Source: a virus. From it: 64,000 nucleotides of DNA. The stretch spans positions 1 to 64,000 of IMG/VR virus record IMGVR_UViG_3300018432_000014; one strand, 5' to 3'. A program made the position numbers and the translations under genes. The notes beneath the pieces are model-generated. The model was not told the origin of the DNA. It searched no databases and was given only the letters and a program-made list of their open reading frames with translations. Numbering within the stretch: position 1 is the stretch's first letter; each line of letters opens with the position of its first letter. Of the stretch, positions 49,764 to 58,188 are shown piece by piece.

Positions 49764-50669
49764 GTGATCCACGTGGCCAGTAAACAGTTTCGCCCGATGC
49801 TCGCAGAGACGCTCGAGTCAGTGACTCAGCTTCGTTTTCCGGTGCTCGTGTCACCCAAGCTCGACGGCATTCGGTGCGTGATCCGAGAGGGCAAAGCTCT
49901 GAGCCGGAGCCTCAAACCGATCCCGAACGAAGCCGTGCGGAAGTTTCTCGAGGGCCGCCCGGAACTTGAGGGCCTCGACGGCGAGTTGATGGTCCACGGC
50001 GCGACGTTTCAGACCGTCACGAGCACGTTTATGAGCCGCTCGGGCGCGTTGCCGGGAGGTTGGTATTTCGGCGTGTTCGATGCTCTGCCGATTGTCGAGC
50101 GCGAGCCCTACACGACTCGGTTGATTCGAGCGACGGCTGCGGTCGCTGCAGCGGGCCCGCACATCGTGCTTGTCGAGCAGAGCGAGATCGCGAATGCGGA
50201 TCAGCTCGATACGTACGAGGCGAAAGCTCTCGAGCTTGGCTTCGAAGGCGTGATGATTCGTCGCGCTGCAGCGTTCTACAAGCACGGCCGTTCGACCGCG
50301 ACCGACGGCGCCTTGCTCAAGCTCAAGCGCTTTGCCGACGGCGAGGCGACGGTAATCGGCTTTGCCGAGCGCATGCACAACGGCAACATTGCGACGACGA
50401 GCGCGATCGGTCGCACGCAACGATCATCAGCGAAAGCAGGCAAGTCGCAGACGGGCTCGCTCGGTGCGTTGCTTGTGCGTGAGTGCGCGACCGGGATCGA
50501 GTTTGAGGTCGGCACCGGTTTCACCGAGTCGCAACGCCAGTCATTTTGGCGCGAGCAGACCGAGTTGCTCGGTCGCACGATCAAGTACAAGCATTTCGTG
50601 ATCGGCGCGATGCTCAAGCCGCGGTTCCCGACCTTCGTCGGCTTCCGAGCGGCCGAAGACATGGGCTAG
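49764..50669 (+). CDS. lig: ATP-dependent DNA ligase
   Basis: PKLDGIR, LDGEL, FGVFD, FEGVMIR, LKLKRF, VGTGF, PRFP. Confidence 0.93.
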   Translation: MIHVASKQFRPMLAETLESVTQLRFPVLVSPKLDGIRCVIREGKALSRSLKPIPNEAVRKFLEGRPELEGLDGELMVHGATFQTVTSTFMSRSGALPGGWYFGVFDALPIVEREPYTTRLIRATAAVAAAGPHIVLVEQSEIANADQLDTYEAKALELGFEGVMIRRAAAFYKHGRSTATDGALLKLKRFADGEATVIGFAERMHNGNIATTSAIGRTQRSSAKAGKSQTGSLGALLVRECATGIEFEVGTGFTESQRQSFWREQTELLGRTIKYKHFVIGAMLKPRFPTFVGFRAAEDMG

Positions 50670-50834
50670 CGCGTCGCTCGAGGGCCCGAGCTGCCCGATC
50701 GCCTCGAGGCCGCTACGTCGACGAGCCCGCTCGAGGCCCGCGCCACTCAGAGCCTGCAGGCTACCGCCGATCGGCAGCTCGAGGCCCGCGCCGACCTGCA
50801 GCCCGCGCCGCTCGAGACCGCCGATCGGCTCTCG

Positions 50835-50873
50835 TGAAATACAGCTAGCGCTTTTCAAGACCTGAGCTAGAGT
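50835..50873 (+). promoter_or_regulatory. Class I element copy 14 (TACAGC variant)
   Basis: 45 nt before GTG 50880. Confidence 0.9.
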
Positions 50874-50879
50874 CTTGGT

Positions 50880-51143
50880 GTGGCGAGCAAGAACAAAGAC
50901 GACGGTTATCGAGATTCGATCGACACTGCCGCGTATGAATGCGATCAGGCGAAAGCAGGTCGACCTGAGCGCAGTTGGGCAGATGCAATCGATGCGCGTG
51001 CTGATCAGGTTGAGGCTGAACAACTTCTTCCCGAGCTATCTAGCGCCAAACGGATCCGCGTCGTTCGGCACATGCGCGACACTGCCGAGGCGAAACGTCG
51101 GCCGGTTGCCGAAGGGCTGACGTGGTTGAGAAAACGACAGTAA
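50880..51143 (+). CDS. Cassette gene, hypothetical 87 aa
   Basis: Start fixed by the class I spacing. Confidence 0.7.
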   Translation: MASKNKDDGYRDSIDTAAYECDQAKAGRPERSWADAIDARADQVEAEQLLPELSSAKRIRVVRHMRDTAEAKRRPVAEGLTWLRKRQ

Positions 51144-51156
51144 TCGCGAGCGGTTG

Positions 51157-51195
51157 TGAAATACCGCTAGCGCTTTTCAAGACCTGAGCTAGAGT
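51157..51195 (+). promoter_or_regulatory. Class I element copy 15 (consensus)
   Basis: 45 nt before GTG 51202. Confidence 0.9.
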
Positions 51196-51201
51196 CTTGG
51201 T

Positions 51202-51447
51202 GTGGGCAACAAAACGAAAACGAAACGAATCTCACCAACGTACAAAGACCGTGGAATCGTGGCGCATGTGACGATCGTCGCGCGTCGGGGCAGTCAGCGA
51301 GGGCTCGGCACGGGCTCGCGATACAACGTATGCGGCGCAGAGCTAACCGCCTACGACATGAGCGTTGCAGAAGCCAAGGGCGAGAAGCTCGCAGGCATGC
51401 TCGAAGAGTGGCTCACATGCCCGGCATGTCGTGCGCTCGAAAAGTGA
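51202..51447 (+). CDS. Cassette gene, hypothetical 81 aa
   Basis: H..CG..TCPAC Zn motif. Confidence 0.7.
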   Translation: MGNKTKTKRISPTYKDRGIVAHVTIVARRGSQRGLGTGSRYNVCGAELTAYDMSVAEAKGEKLAGMLEEWLTCPACRALEK

Positions 51448-51491
51448 GAGGCCCGCGCCGCTCGAGATTCTCGAGCGGCTGCCGGGGCTTG

Positions 51492-51530
51492 TGAAATACC
51501 GCTAGCATTTTTCAAGACCTGAGCTAGAGT
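51492..51530 (+). promoter_or_regulatory. Class I element copy 16
   Basis: TGAAATACCGCTAGCATTTTTCAAGACCTGAGCTAGAGT. Confidence 0.9.
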
Positions 51531-51568
51531 CTTGTTGTGGGCACGAGAGCCCCGAGACGGAGTCGAAG

Positions 51569-51817
51569 ATGTCGGAACAGAGCAACTATTACGAGAACTA
51601 CTGCCGCGCCGGTGCTTTTGCGAGCGAGGATGCCGACGAGTGCGGTTGTCGCGGATCAGGTTGGTTTCTGTCGGAGGTCGACACGTGGCACGAGTGCCCG
51701 GTGCATTACGTAGCCGGTCAACGTCACCCCGAAGACGGTGATGTCTTCGAGGGCCCGACACAAGCTGCCCCGGTCGCGGTCGCGGTTGCTGCAAACGACG
51801 ACGACATCCTGTTTTGA
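51569..51817 (+). CDS. Cassette gene, acidic Cys-rich 82 aa ending in DDDILF
   Basis: GGAG RBS; CGCRGSGW..WHECP.H. Confidence 0.7.
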   Translation: MSEQSNYYENYCRAGAFASEDADECGCRGSGWFLSEVDTWHECPVHYVAGQRHPEDGDVFEGPTQAAPVAVAVAANDDDILF

Positions 51818-52500
51818 GATTTTGCCGACGGGCCGGGGAACACCCCGGCTCTCTGGCGAACACTCAGGAGCAAGACGACATGAGCAAGAATCGCAGAGCG
51901 TTTTTCGTACGGTCGACGACTCGGATCGATCGACCCGAGCTGCGAGGCCCGACATTCTACCCTGTCGTGCCTGGCACGCGTTGCCAGAACCTTGACCGGT
52001 TCTCGACCGCAAAGGCAGCTCGTGAGCGCATGGTCGCATTGCTCGCAGGCATCGACGACTCGGCGGGCGAGTACATCTCGAGCGTCGACGCGTACTCGGT
52101 TGAGATTCGGACCACGATCAACGAGCACGGTCGTGAGGTCGTGACGGAGATTGGTAGGCGGCATTACCTTTGCCCGATGCAGTTGCGAGCGCGCGCAGAC
52201 GGCACCGAGCAAGTGACTGCCTAAGCACCGACATCTCGGTTCGAGTGATCGACCCGTTCGTTTTACCGCAAGCACTGGATCGTCTGACGTCGGTAGGTGT
52301 CCCGGATACGGTTTGCATGACGTCGATCAACTAGGGCTCGGATCGTAATCGCGATCCGATCGTTTGTTGCCTTGACCCTGTCGCGCGATCGTCGGTAAAC
52401 CGCAGAGCAGTCGCGCCGGTGTTAGCGTGGCCACGGATCGCGGGTCGTGGTGATCCTCGCGGTTGCAGCGAATACATCCGAGCAACGGAGATCGTTGATC

Positions 52501-53481
52501 ATGGCGAGAGCAAAGCTGCCGACGGGCATGTTTGGTTCCGAGGCAGAGCTGTGCGAGTTGCTCGCGAAGGTAGCTCGCGCCGCAGGGTTTCTCGTGCACG
52601 CCGAGGTCGGCTGTTGGGACATGGTCATCGTGTCGCGCGAGACCGGTCTGCAGTGCGGCGTTCAGGCGAAGTTGAGACCGAGCGTTGATGTCTTGGCTCA
52701 GGCGTTCGGTACCGATTCGCACGAGCCCGGGCCCTCGGTGCATGCGGTGCTCGTACCGGTGCCCTCGAGAGCATTCCTGCAGGTCGCAGCGCGGCTCGAC
52801 GTGATGGTGATCCAAGGCGTGACGCTCGACCGCTTCGACTTGGCGAGCGCAGTCTCGAGGGCGCCTCGTTGGCAGCACAAGGCGCCGCTCTGGGTGCCCG
52901 ACGTCGAGATCATCACGCCGGCCGGGGTAGCGAGCCCGCGCAAGGTCACCGAATGGAAGGTCAACGCGGTCAAGTTGTGCTTGCTGCTTCGCGAGCGCGA
53001 ATACGTGACGACGTCAGACATGCGGCGACTCGGACAGAATCGATCGTGGTGGTTCATGCGATCGGCGCCGATCCTCGTGCGCTCGGAACACGAGTCGCGA
53101 CAAGCCCGCTATGTCTTCGCGGATCCCTCGAGCCCTCTCGTGCCGGATCTTCGCTGGCCCGAGATCGTGACAGCTCTGCAGATCGGTGAGCGCAACCTTC
53201 GCGACCGAGAGGCGCGCGAGCTGGAGATCATCGAGTCGATCGCCGCTCACGCGTTGCCGCCGCAATCGTCGACGCCATCGCCTGTCATCGTGCCGAGAGG
53301 TCGACCGCGAGTGCGCACGAAGGTCGAACAAAATGTTCCCCGGCAGTCGATGCTGCCGCCGCCGATGGGCAACGCGTCAGACTTCGAGCCCGTCTCGGAG
53401 CGGATCCTCAAGCCGCCCGCGAATGCTCGGCACGCACTCGCATGTGTCGAGCCTCTCGCCAAGCGACGCGCGCGCGCCTGA
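52501..53481 (+). CDS. Hypothetical protein (possible PD-(D/E)XK-like N-terminus)
   Basis: EAELC..EVGCWDMVIV..GVQAKL. Confidence 0.55.
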   Translation: MARAKLPTGMFGSEAELCELLAKVARAAGFLVHAEVGCWDMVIVSRETGLQCGVQAKLRPSVDVLAQAFGTDSHEPGPSVHAVLVPVPSRAFLQVAARLDVMVIQGVTLDRFDLASAVSRAPRWQHKAPLWVPDVEIITPAGVASPRKVTEWKVNAVKLCLLLREREYVTTSDMRRLGQNRSWWFMRSAPILVRSEHESRQARYVFADPSSPLVPDLRWPEIVTALQIGERNLRDREARELEIIESIAAHALPPQSSTPSPVIVPRGRPRVRTKVEQNVPRQSMLPPPMGNASDFEPVSERILKPPANARHALACVEPLAKRRARA

Positions 53482-53559
53482 GATTGCGCGCGAGCATGTC
53501 TGCGTCGCCACTCTGATCGGAATACCGTGCAAGGGACCCTCCTAGGTCTCGGGTGATCG

Positions 53560-54042
53560 GTGCGTGATTGGCGAGGCCCTTTTCAGACAAGGGCCTCGCC
53601 TGTCATTTCGATCGGGAGGTCGTTTGTGAAACGTCGACATGCGGTCAACATCGACGATCGCCGTTGGGGCCGAGTGCCTCGCTTCCAATGCAGCGGCAAG
53701 ATCCTGCGAGACGCGCGCGAGAGCGCATCGCTCACGTTGCGAGTCGTGAGCGACAGCACGGGGATCGCAGGCTGCTCAATCAGCGACATGGAGCGCGGCA
53801 TCGTGGCAACGCCTCTGCATCACGTGCACGTGCTCTGTCGCAGTCTGAAGCTCGATCAGGCGAAGCTCGTCGAAGCCATTTTGCAAGACAAACTTTTCGA
53901 GGTCGGGTTGCTCGGCTTCGAGGTGCGTGTGGCCCCGGGGCCACACGGCCCGATCGCAGCGCCCGAGCCGACCGAGGTGGTTGACCGGCCCGGCTCATCT
54001 GAGCCCGCTAGCGGCTCGCAGACGGGCTCGAGGAGGTCGTAG
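53560..54042 (+). CDS. XRE-like HTH protein (start uncertain)
   Basis: GKILRDARESASLTLRVVSDSTGI..ISDMERG. Confidence 0.65.
   Translation: MRDWRGPFQTRASPVISIGRSFVKRRHAVNIDDRRWGRVPRFQCSGKILRDARESASLTLRVVSDSTGIAGCSISDMERGIVATPLHHVHVLCRSLKLDQAKLVEAILQDKLFEVGLLGFEVRVAPGPHGPIAAPEPTEVVDRPGSSEPASGSQTGSRRS
53927..53946. repeat. Dispersed palindrome, perfect copy (GTGTGGCCCCGGGGCCACAC)
   Basis: In the tail of the XRE-like ORF. Confidence 0.9.
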
Positions 54043-54134
54043 CGCTAGGTCGCCACGTCTACCAGGCTGCAGCCGTCAAAACGTCTCGCAGAGGCCCGGT
54101 GAGCCGATGTGGGACATGGCTATGCTGAGAGCGC

Positions 54135-54163
54135 TAGACAGCGGGCCCCTGATGCGGGACACT
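54135..54163 (+). promoter_or_regulatory. Class II promoter pointing antisense into the sigma-like gene
   Basis: TAGACA-17(gcgggcccctgatgcgg)-GACACT-6-GTG 54170. Confidence 0.55.
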
Positions 54164-54184
54164 AATGGTGTGACGGGACTACGT

Positions 54185-54766
54185 TCAGCCTTGCGCAACG
54201 CTAGCAGGCGCAGCCGCTTGTGCAGCACGCAACCAAGCTGCCGCGGCGGCACTCGGGCGCTTGCGTCGACGCGTGCTCTCGCAGACGGCGCAGAGAGTCT
54301 GTCGCCCGGTCTTGCGTACGTAAGCCTCGCCACACTTGCGACAATCAGGCGTTGCGATCGTTTGAGTACCGAGCCAAGTGACATCGCCTCCGGTGTTGTC
54401 GGCGATTTTACTCAGAGCCATGTTTTCGATCTGCCGCACTCGCTCGCGTGTGATGCACATGACACGGCCAATTTCTTCGAGCGTCATGCCGAAAGGGTGC
54501 TCGCTTACGGCACGTTGCGCGGCGGGGTGCATTTCCCATTCGAGATCCGACCACGGATCGGGTATGTGCGCCGGGGCTCGACCGCGTCTCGGTGCGGGTC
54601 TTTGGGGACAGACCTCTGGCACGGATTGAGATGTCGCAGCGATCGGCGTTTTTCGGATGCGAATCTTGTACGGCACGTCAGACGTTTTAGTGGCTACCGC
54701 AATGTGGGAGCTAGGTGCTCCAGCTATTGCGCGGGCGATTTTGGTTGCACATAAACGAGTCTTCAA
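54185..54766 (-). CDS. Sigma70 region 4 domain protein with Zn ribbon
   Basis: MTLEEIGRVMCITRERVRQIENMALSKI; CRKC..CAVC. Confidence 0.8.
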   Translation of the reverse strand: MKTRLCATKIARAIAGAPSSHIAVATKTSDVPYKIRIRKTPIAATSQSVPEVCPQRPAPRRGRAPAHIPDPWSDLEWEMHPAAQRAVSEHPFGMTLEEIGRVMCITRERVRQIENMALSKIADNTGGDVTWLGTQTIATPDCRKCGEAYVRKTGRQTLCAVCESTRRRKRPSAAAAAWLRAAQAAAPASVAQG

Positions 54767-54809
54767 GAGGGACGCCTAACGGCCCGCATCGGGCACGAGA
54801 CGAAAGATC

Positions 54810-55157
54810 ATGAGAAAAGTATTGTTGTTGAGTGCGATTCGGATGGTGCGCGGCGACAAGGCGGCTTTAGAAGAGATTCTGCGCGCTCTGCGCAAGACGT
54901 CCGGAAATATGCGGCAAGCCTGTGAGCAACTCGGGCTCGGCAAATCGTCGATGTACCGGCTCATCGAAGAGCTTGGTGCGCGAGACGCGGTCGACGCTCT
55001 GATCGAAGCGAAGGGCTACAAGATCAAGGGCCGCGACAAGGATCGCGCAGTCGAGCCGGCTCGTAAGCGCAAGGCTTCTGTGACGACTCTCAAGACGAAG
55101 CCCGAGCCCGTAGCTGCACCGGGCCCGCGCGCTCGCGTCAAAAAGGCGTCTGCGTGA
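54810..55157 (+). CDS. Fis-type HTH protein
   Basis: ILRALRKTSGNMRQACEQLGLGKSSMYRLIEELG. Confidence 0.8.
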   Translation: MRKVLLLSAIRMVRGDKAALEEILRALRKTSGNMRQACEQLGLGKSSMYRLIEELGARDAVDALIEAKGYKIKGRDKDRAVEPARKRKASVTTLKTKPEPVAAPGPRARVKKASA

Positions 55158-56144
55158 GCTTGTCTGACAAAACCTGTCGAACGTTCGCGATCAACACTCG
55201 AACGTTCGTGCTGCAGTCGGCCCCGGAGGTCTCGCCAAGCGAGAAGCTGATCAGTAGCGCGACGGTGCTAGCGATTGGCTCGCACGAGCACGTCAGCATT
55301 TGGAATCGAGGCTGCCACGCGGGCGATCTCGTGATGAAAGAGGGCGACGGCGTGCCATTCGCGATCGCACTCGGGTTGGTCGAGGTCGACAAGTGAGATG
55401 CAACTTCTGCAACCTGCGAGACGTCCGACGTTGGGCTGAGTTGAAAGGGCAAGTCGTGCACCTCGTCGACAACAAGCTCGACGGCGGCGTTACGGTTATC
55501 GTGTGTCGGCCCGACGAAACGCCGACACACCCCGATCACTTCGTCGCGTGGTTCATGGCTCTGCCGGATGCTTGCGCATGTTGACCTTGCTCGAGGGCCG
55601 GGTCCGAGTGCCCGATCTCTGGCGTGGCTATCGCGTGCTCTCGTGCGATCCACATCCCGACTTCGCAAACAACTACGAGTTGATCATGACCGATGGTGAC
55701 CACGTCGCGTTTCAGCTCATCAGCAACGTGTGTCTCGAGCGTGCATACAATCCGCAACCGTTCATCATCAGCGCGTTAAATCGCTGCGCCGATCTGCTCG
55801 ATCAACAAAGGCGTAAGCGCACAAAGACGTGATAGGCCTCGCGAGTGCTCTGCACTCGGTGTCACAAGCAAGCCGCTGTCGAGGGAACACGTCGCTGCGA
55901 TTCGTGTCGCGCGTACTCGAACGCTCGACAACGCGAGCAACGCATCCGACGCGAGCGCGAAGCCAGATGCCTCTGCGGGCAACCGTGCGGCGAGTACCTC
56001 ACTCGGTGCGATGCATGTCTCGACGAAGAAATGCGCGCTCGCGAAGAGTTGCAGGCCCGACGCGAGCGCGAGCATGCGTGCATCTTGTGCGGCAAACGTA
56101 GCCCTACAGCCGGCCTCAAGACGTGCCGAGTCTGTATCGACCGG

Positions 56145-57359
56145 CTACTGCGGCGTTGAGACCGCTGCGGCCCGCACGCGCGCTCGAGGGCCGGTCGTAC
56201 GCTTCGCTTTGCCTGACGTGAGTCTTTCCCAGCGCTCGACGATGACGTCGCAGTATTCGGGCGACAGCTCGATCGATGTGCAGGAGCGTCCGAGCTGTTC
56301 CGCTGCGATGAGAGTCGAGCCCGAGCCTGCAAACGGGTCGAGGACCGTGCCCTCGCTGAAACCCAAACACCAAGCCATCAGAGCGACAGGCTTTTGAGTC
56401 GGGTGCTGCCGCTTCTCGGATTCGCCCGCGCGAATCATGCCATTCCAGAGCTGCCGATGAATGCGAGCGGGCCCGGGCCGATTCGACCAAGCAAGCTCGG
56501 CATCTGCAAAGTTGTTTTGGATCTCGGTGTCGACTCGCTTGTCCCAAATCAACCAGCCACCGACGGGCGGCAGCTGATCGGCGAAGTAGTTGCCTCCCCA
56601 AATCGTGACGACATCAGCGAGCGCGATGAGCCATCGGACCTCGGGCGTTTTGCCGTCGCCTGCGATCGGCGTGTACTTGCCCTTCTTCGCTTTGTGCCAC
56701 GGCCCATCGATGCAACCGACGACGCCCTTTTGCACAACGGCAATGCCGTATGGCGGATCAGCCAACACGGCGCCGAATCGATCCGCATGTTTCACGGTCA
56801 ACGCATCGCCACAAATCAGCCGATGCTTGCCGAGCGTCCACACATCCCCGAGCTTGCTGACCGGCTTGCCTTTCGGCAGCTCGGGGACCTCGTCTTCGGT
56901 GATCTCGCTGCGAGCTTCGCGATCGGCATCGGCGATCAGCTTCTCGACCTCGGCAGCCGTCCAACCGGTGCCGGGCAGATCGTCGGTATGCTTCGACATC
57001 AACGCGGCGAGTTCGGTGTCATTCCAACCGCCTTTGATCACGAGTTGATTCGAGGTGACTAGGTACGCCTCGGCTTCGTGCTCGTTGCGGAAGTTCACGC
57101 CGCGCACGACGGGAACACACCATGTGCCGTCTGCAGAGACCTCGATGCGATCGGGCGGCGGCTGGCCCATGGCTTTCTTCGCAAGCAACTTCTCGAGGCG
57201 ACCATGCCCCGCAACGATGCGCTGCGTACCCTCGTCGAAGCAGATCGGCTCGACGTAGCCGAACCGATCGAGCGACTCACCGAGCCCGTCGAGGTCGTGC
57301 TCTTTGGGGTTGCCTGGCCATGTCGCCAGCTCTTCGAGGGGCACCCACTCGAGGCGCAT
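56145..57359 (-). CDS. ParB-like domain plus N6/N4 DNA methyltransferase
   Basis: NPKEHD..FGYVEPI..IVAGHGRL; GDVWTLG.HRLICGD; DPPYG; HPTQKP; DPFAGSGST. Confidence 0.9.
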   Translation of the reverse strand: MRLEWVPLEELATWPGNPKEHDLDGLGESLDRFGYVEPICFDEGTQRIVAGHGRLEKLLAKKAMGQPPPDRIEVSADGTWCVPVVRGVNFRNEHEAEAYLVTSNQLVIKGGWNDTELAALMSKHTDDLPGTGWTAAEVEKLIADADREARSEITEDEVPELPKGKPVSKLGDVWTLGKHRLICGDALTVKHADRFGAVLADPPYGIAVVQKGVVGCIDGPWHKAKKGKYTPIAGDGKTPEVRWLIALADVVTIWGGNYFADQLPPVGGWLIWDKRVDTEIQNNFADAELAWSNRPGPARIHRQLWNGMIRAGESEKRQHPTQKPVALMAWCLGFSEGTVLDPFAGSGSTLIAAEQLGRSCTSIELSPEYCDVIVERWERLTSGKAKRTTGPRARVRAAAVSTPQ

Positions 57360-57365
57360 CTTGCT

Positions 57366-57385
57366 TTGTGGCCCCGGGGCCACAC
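57366..57385. repeat. Dispersed palindrome copy (TTGTGGCCCCGGGGCCACAC)
   Basis: Intergenic, just upstream of the ParB-MTase start. Confidence 0.85.
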
Positions 57386-57403
57386 GGGTGTTCCGACGTT
57401 GAG

Positions 57404-57814
57404 TCAAAGGCCAGCAACCTTTCCGTTGTTCCAACCGGCATGAAAGCCGGGCGTGCTGCCGATCCTGGGATCTTGCTCGGTCCAATCGCGCCCGAGCGTT
57501 CGATACTGCACCGGGATGTCGTGATCGCCCGCAAGCTGGACCGCGATCAGCATGCCGTCGCTGACGCCGAGATCGGTGCAGACGATCACGGTTTCCGCGA
57601 GTAGCAGCCAAGCACAATGCGATGCGATGCCGTGCGTGCGATCGGCGTCTCGTGTGTCGTCGAGGACTCTCGGATAGAGCAGATGGCCCAAGAATGGCGC
57701 CTCGCCTCGACGAAGCGAATCGAGCATGCACGCGTCCGCATATTGGAGGTTGAGCTTGAGATCACCTCTGAAGGGCGACTCAATGCAGACGGGCTTCGCG
57801 GTCGGTAGGATCAT
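57404..57814 (-). CDS. Conserved phage protein, nucleoside deoxyribosyltransferase-like fold
   Basis: IESPFRGD..N..YA..DSLRRGEAPF.GHLLYP..DLGVSDGM. Confidence 0.6.
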   Translation of the reverse strand: MILPTAKPVCIESPFRGDLKLNLQYADACMLDSLRRGEAPFLGHLLYPRVLDDTRDADRTHGIASHCAWLLLAETVIVCTDLGVSDGMLIAVQLAGDHDIPVQYRTLGRDWTEQDPRIGSTPGFHAGWNNGKVAGL

Positions 57815-57894
57815 TTCGATTGGCTCGGCTATCCGACGATCGGGTTGGTCTTGAGATACGCTGCGGGCAGTTACGAGAGCAAGTTGAGGGATCG

Positions 57895-58176
57895 ATGAGC
57901 CTGCAGCTTCTACAACTAGCAGTTCCCGCGAGTGGCGATACCGGACCCGGCGCCGGTCGAAGCGTTCGCGATCTCAGTCACAAGACCCTGCAGATCGTCG
58001 GCGGCGAGGGATCGTGGGATGTCCAAATCTCGCTGAATGGCACCGACTTCTCGACGATACTCAGTGGCGTCGACCCGGGCGGGATCTACATTCTCGAGCA
58101 CGCGTGCTCGCACGTTCGAATCAACGCTCTCGTCAACACGGTCGCGCCGGTCGTGTGGCTCGCGGGCCACAACTAA
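57895..58176 (+). CDS. Hypothetical beta-rich protein
   Basis: GAGGG RBS before ATG 57895. Confidence 0.6.
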   Translation: MSLQLLQLAVPASGDTGPGAGRSVRDLSHKTLQIVGGEGSWDVQISLNGTDFSTILSGVDPGGIYILEHACSHVRINALVNTVAPVVWLAGHN

Positions 58177-58188
58177 AGACTGGATCCG

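Noticed and set aside
51537-51713. Leaderless ORF at the +45 GTG of class I copy 16
   Set aside because: It overlaps the better-supported ORF 51569-51817, which has an RBS and a coherent Cys motif.
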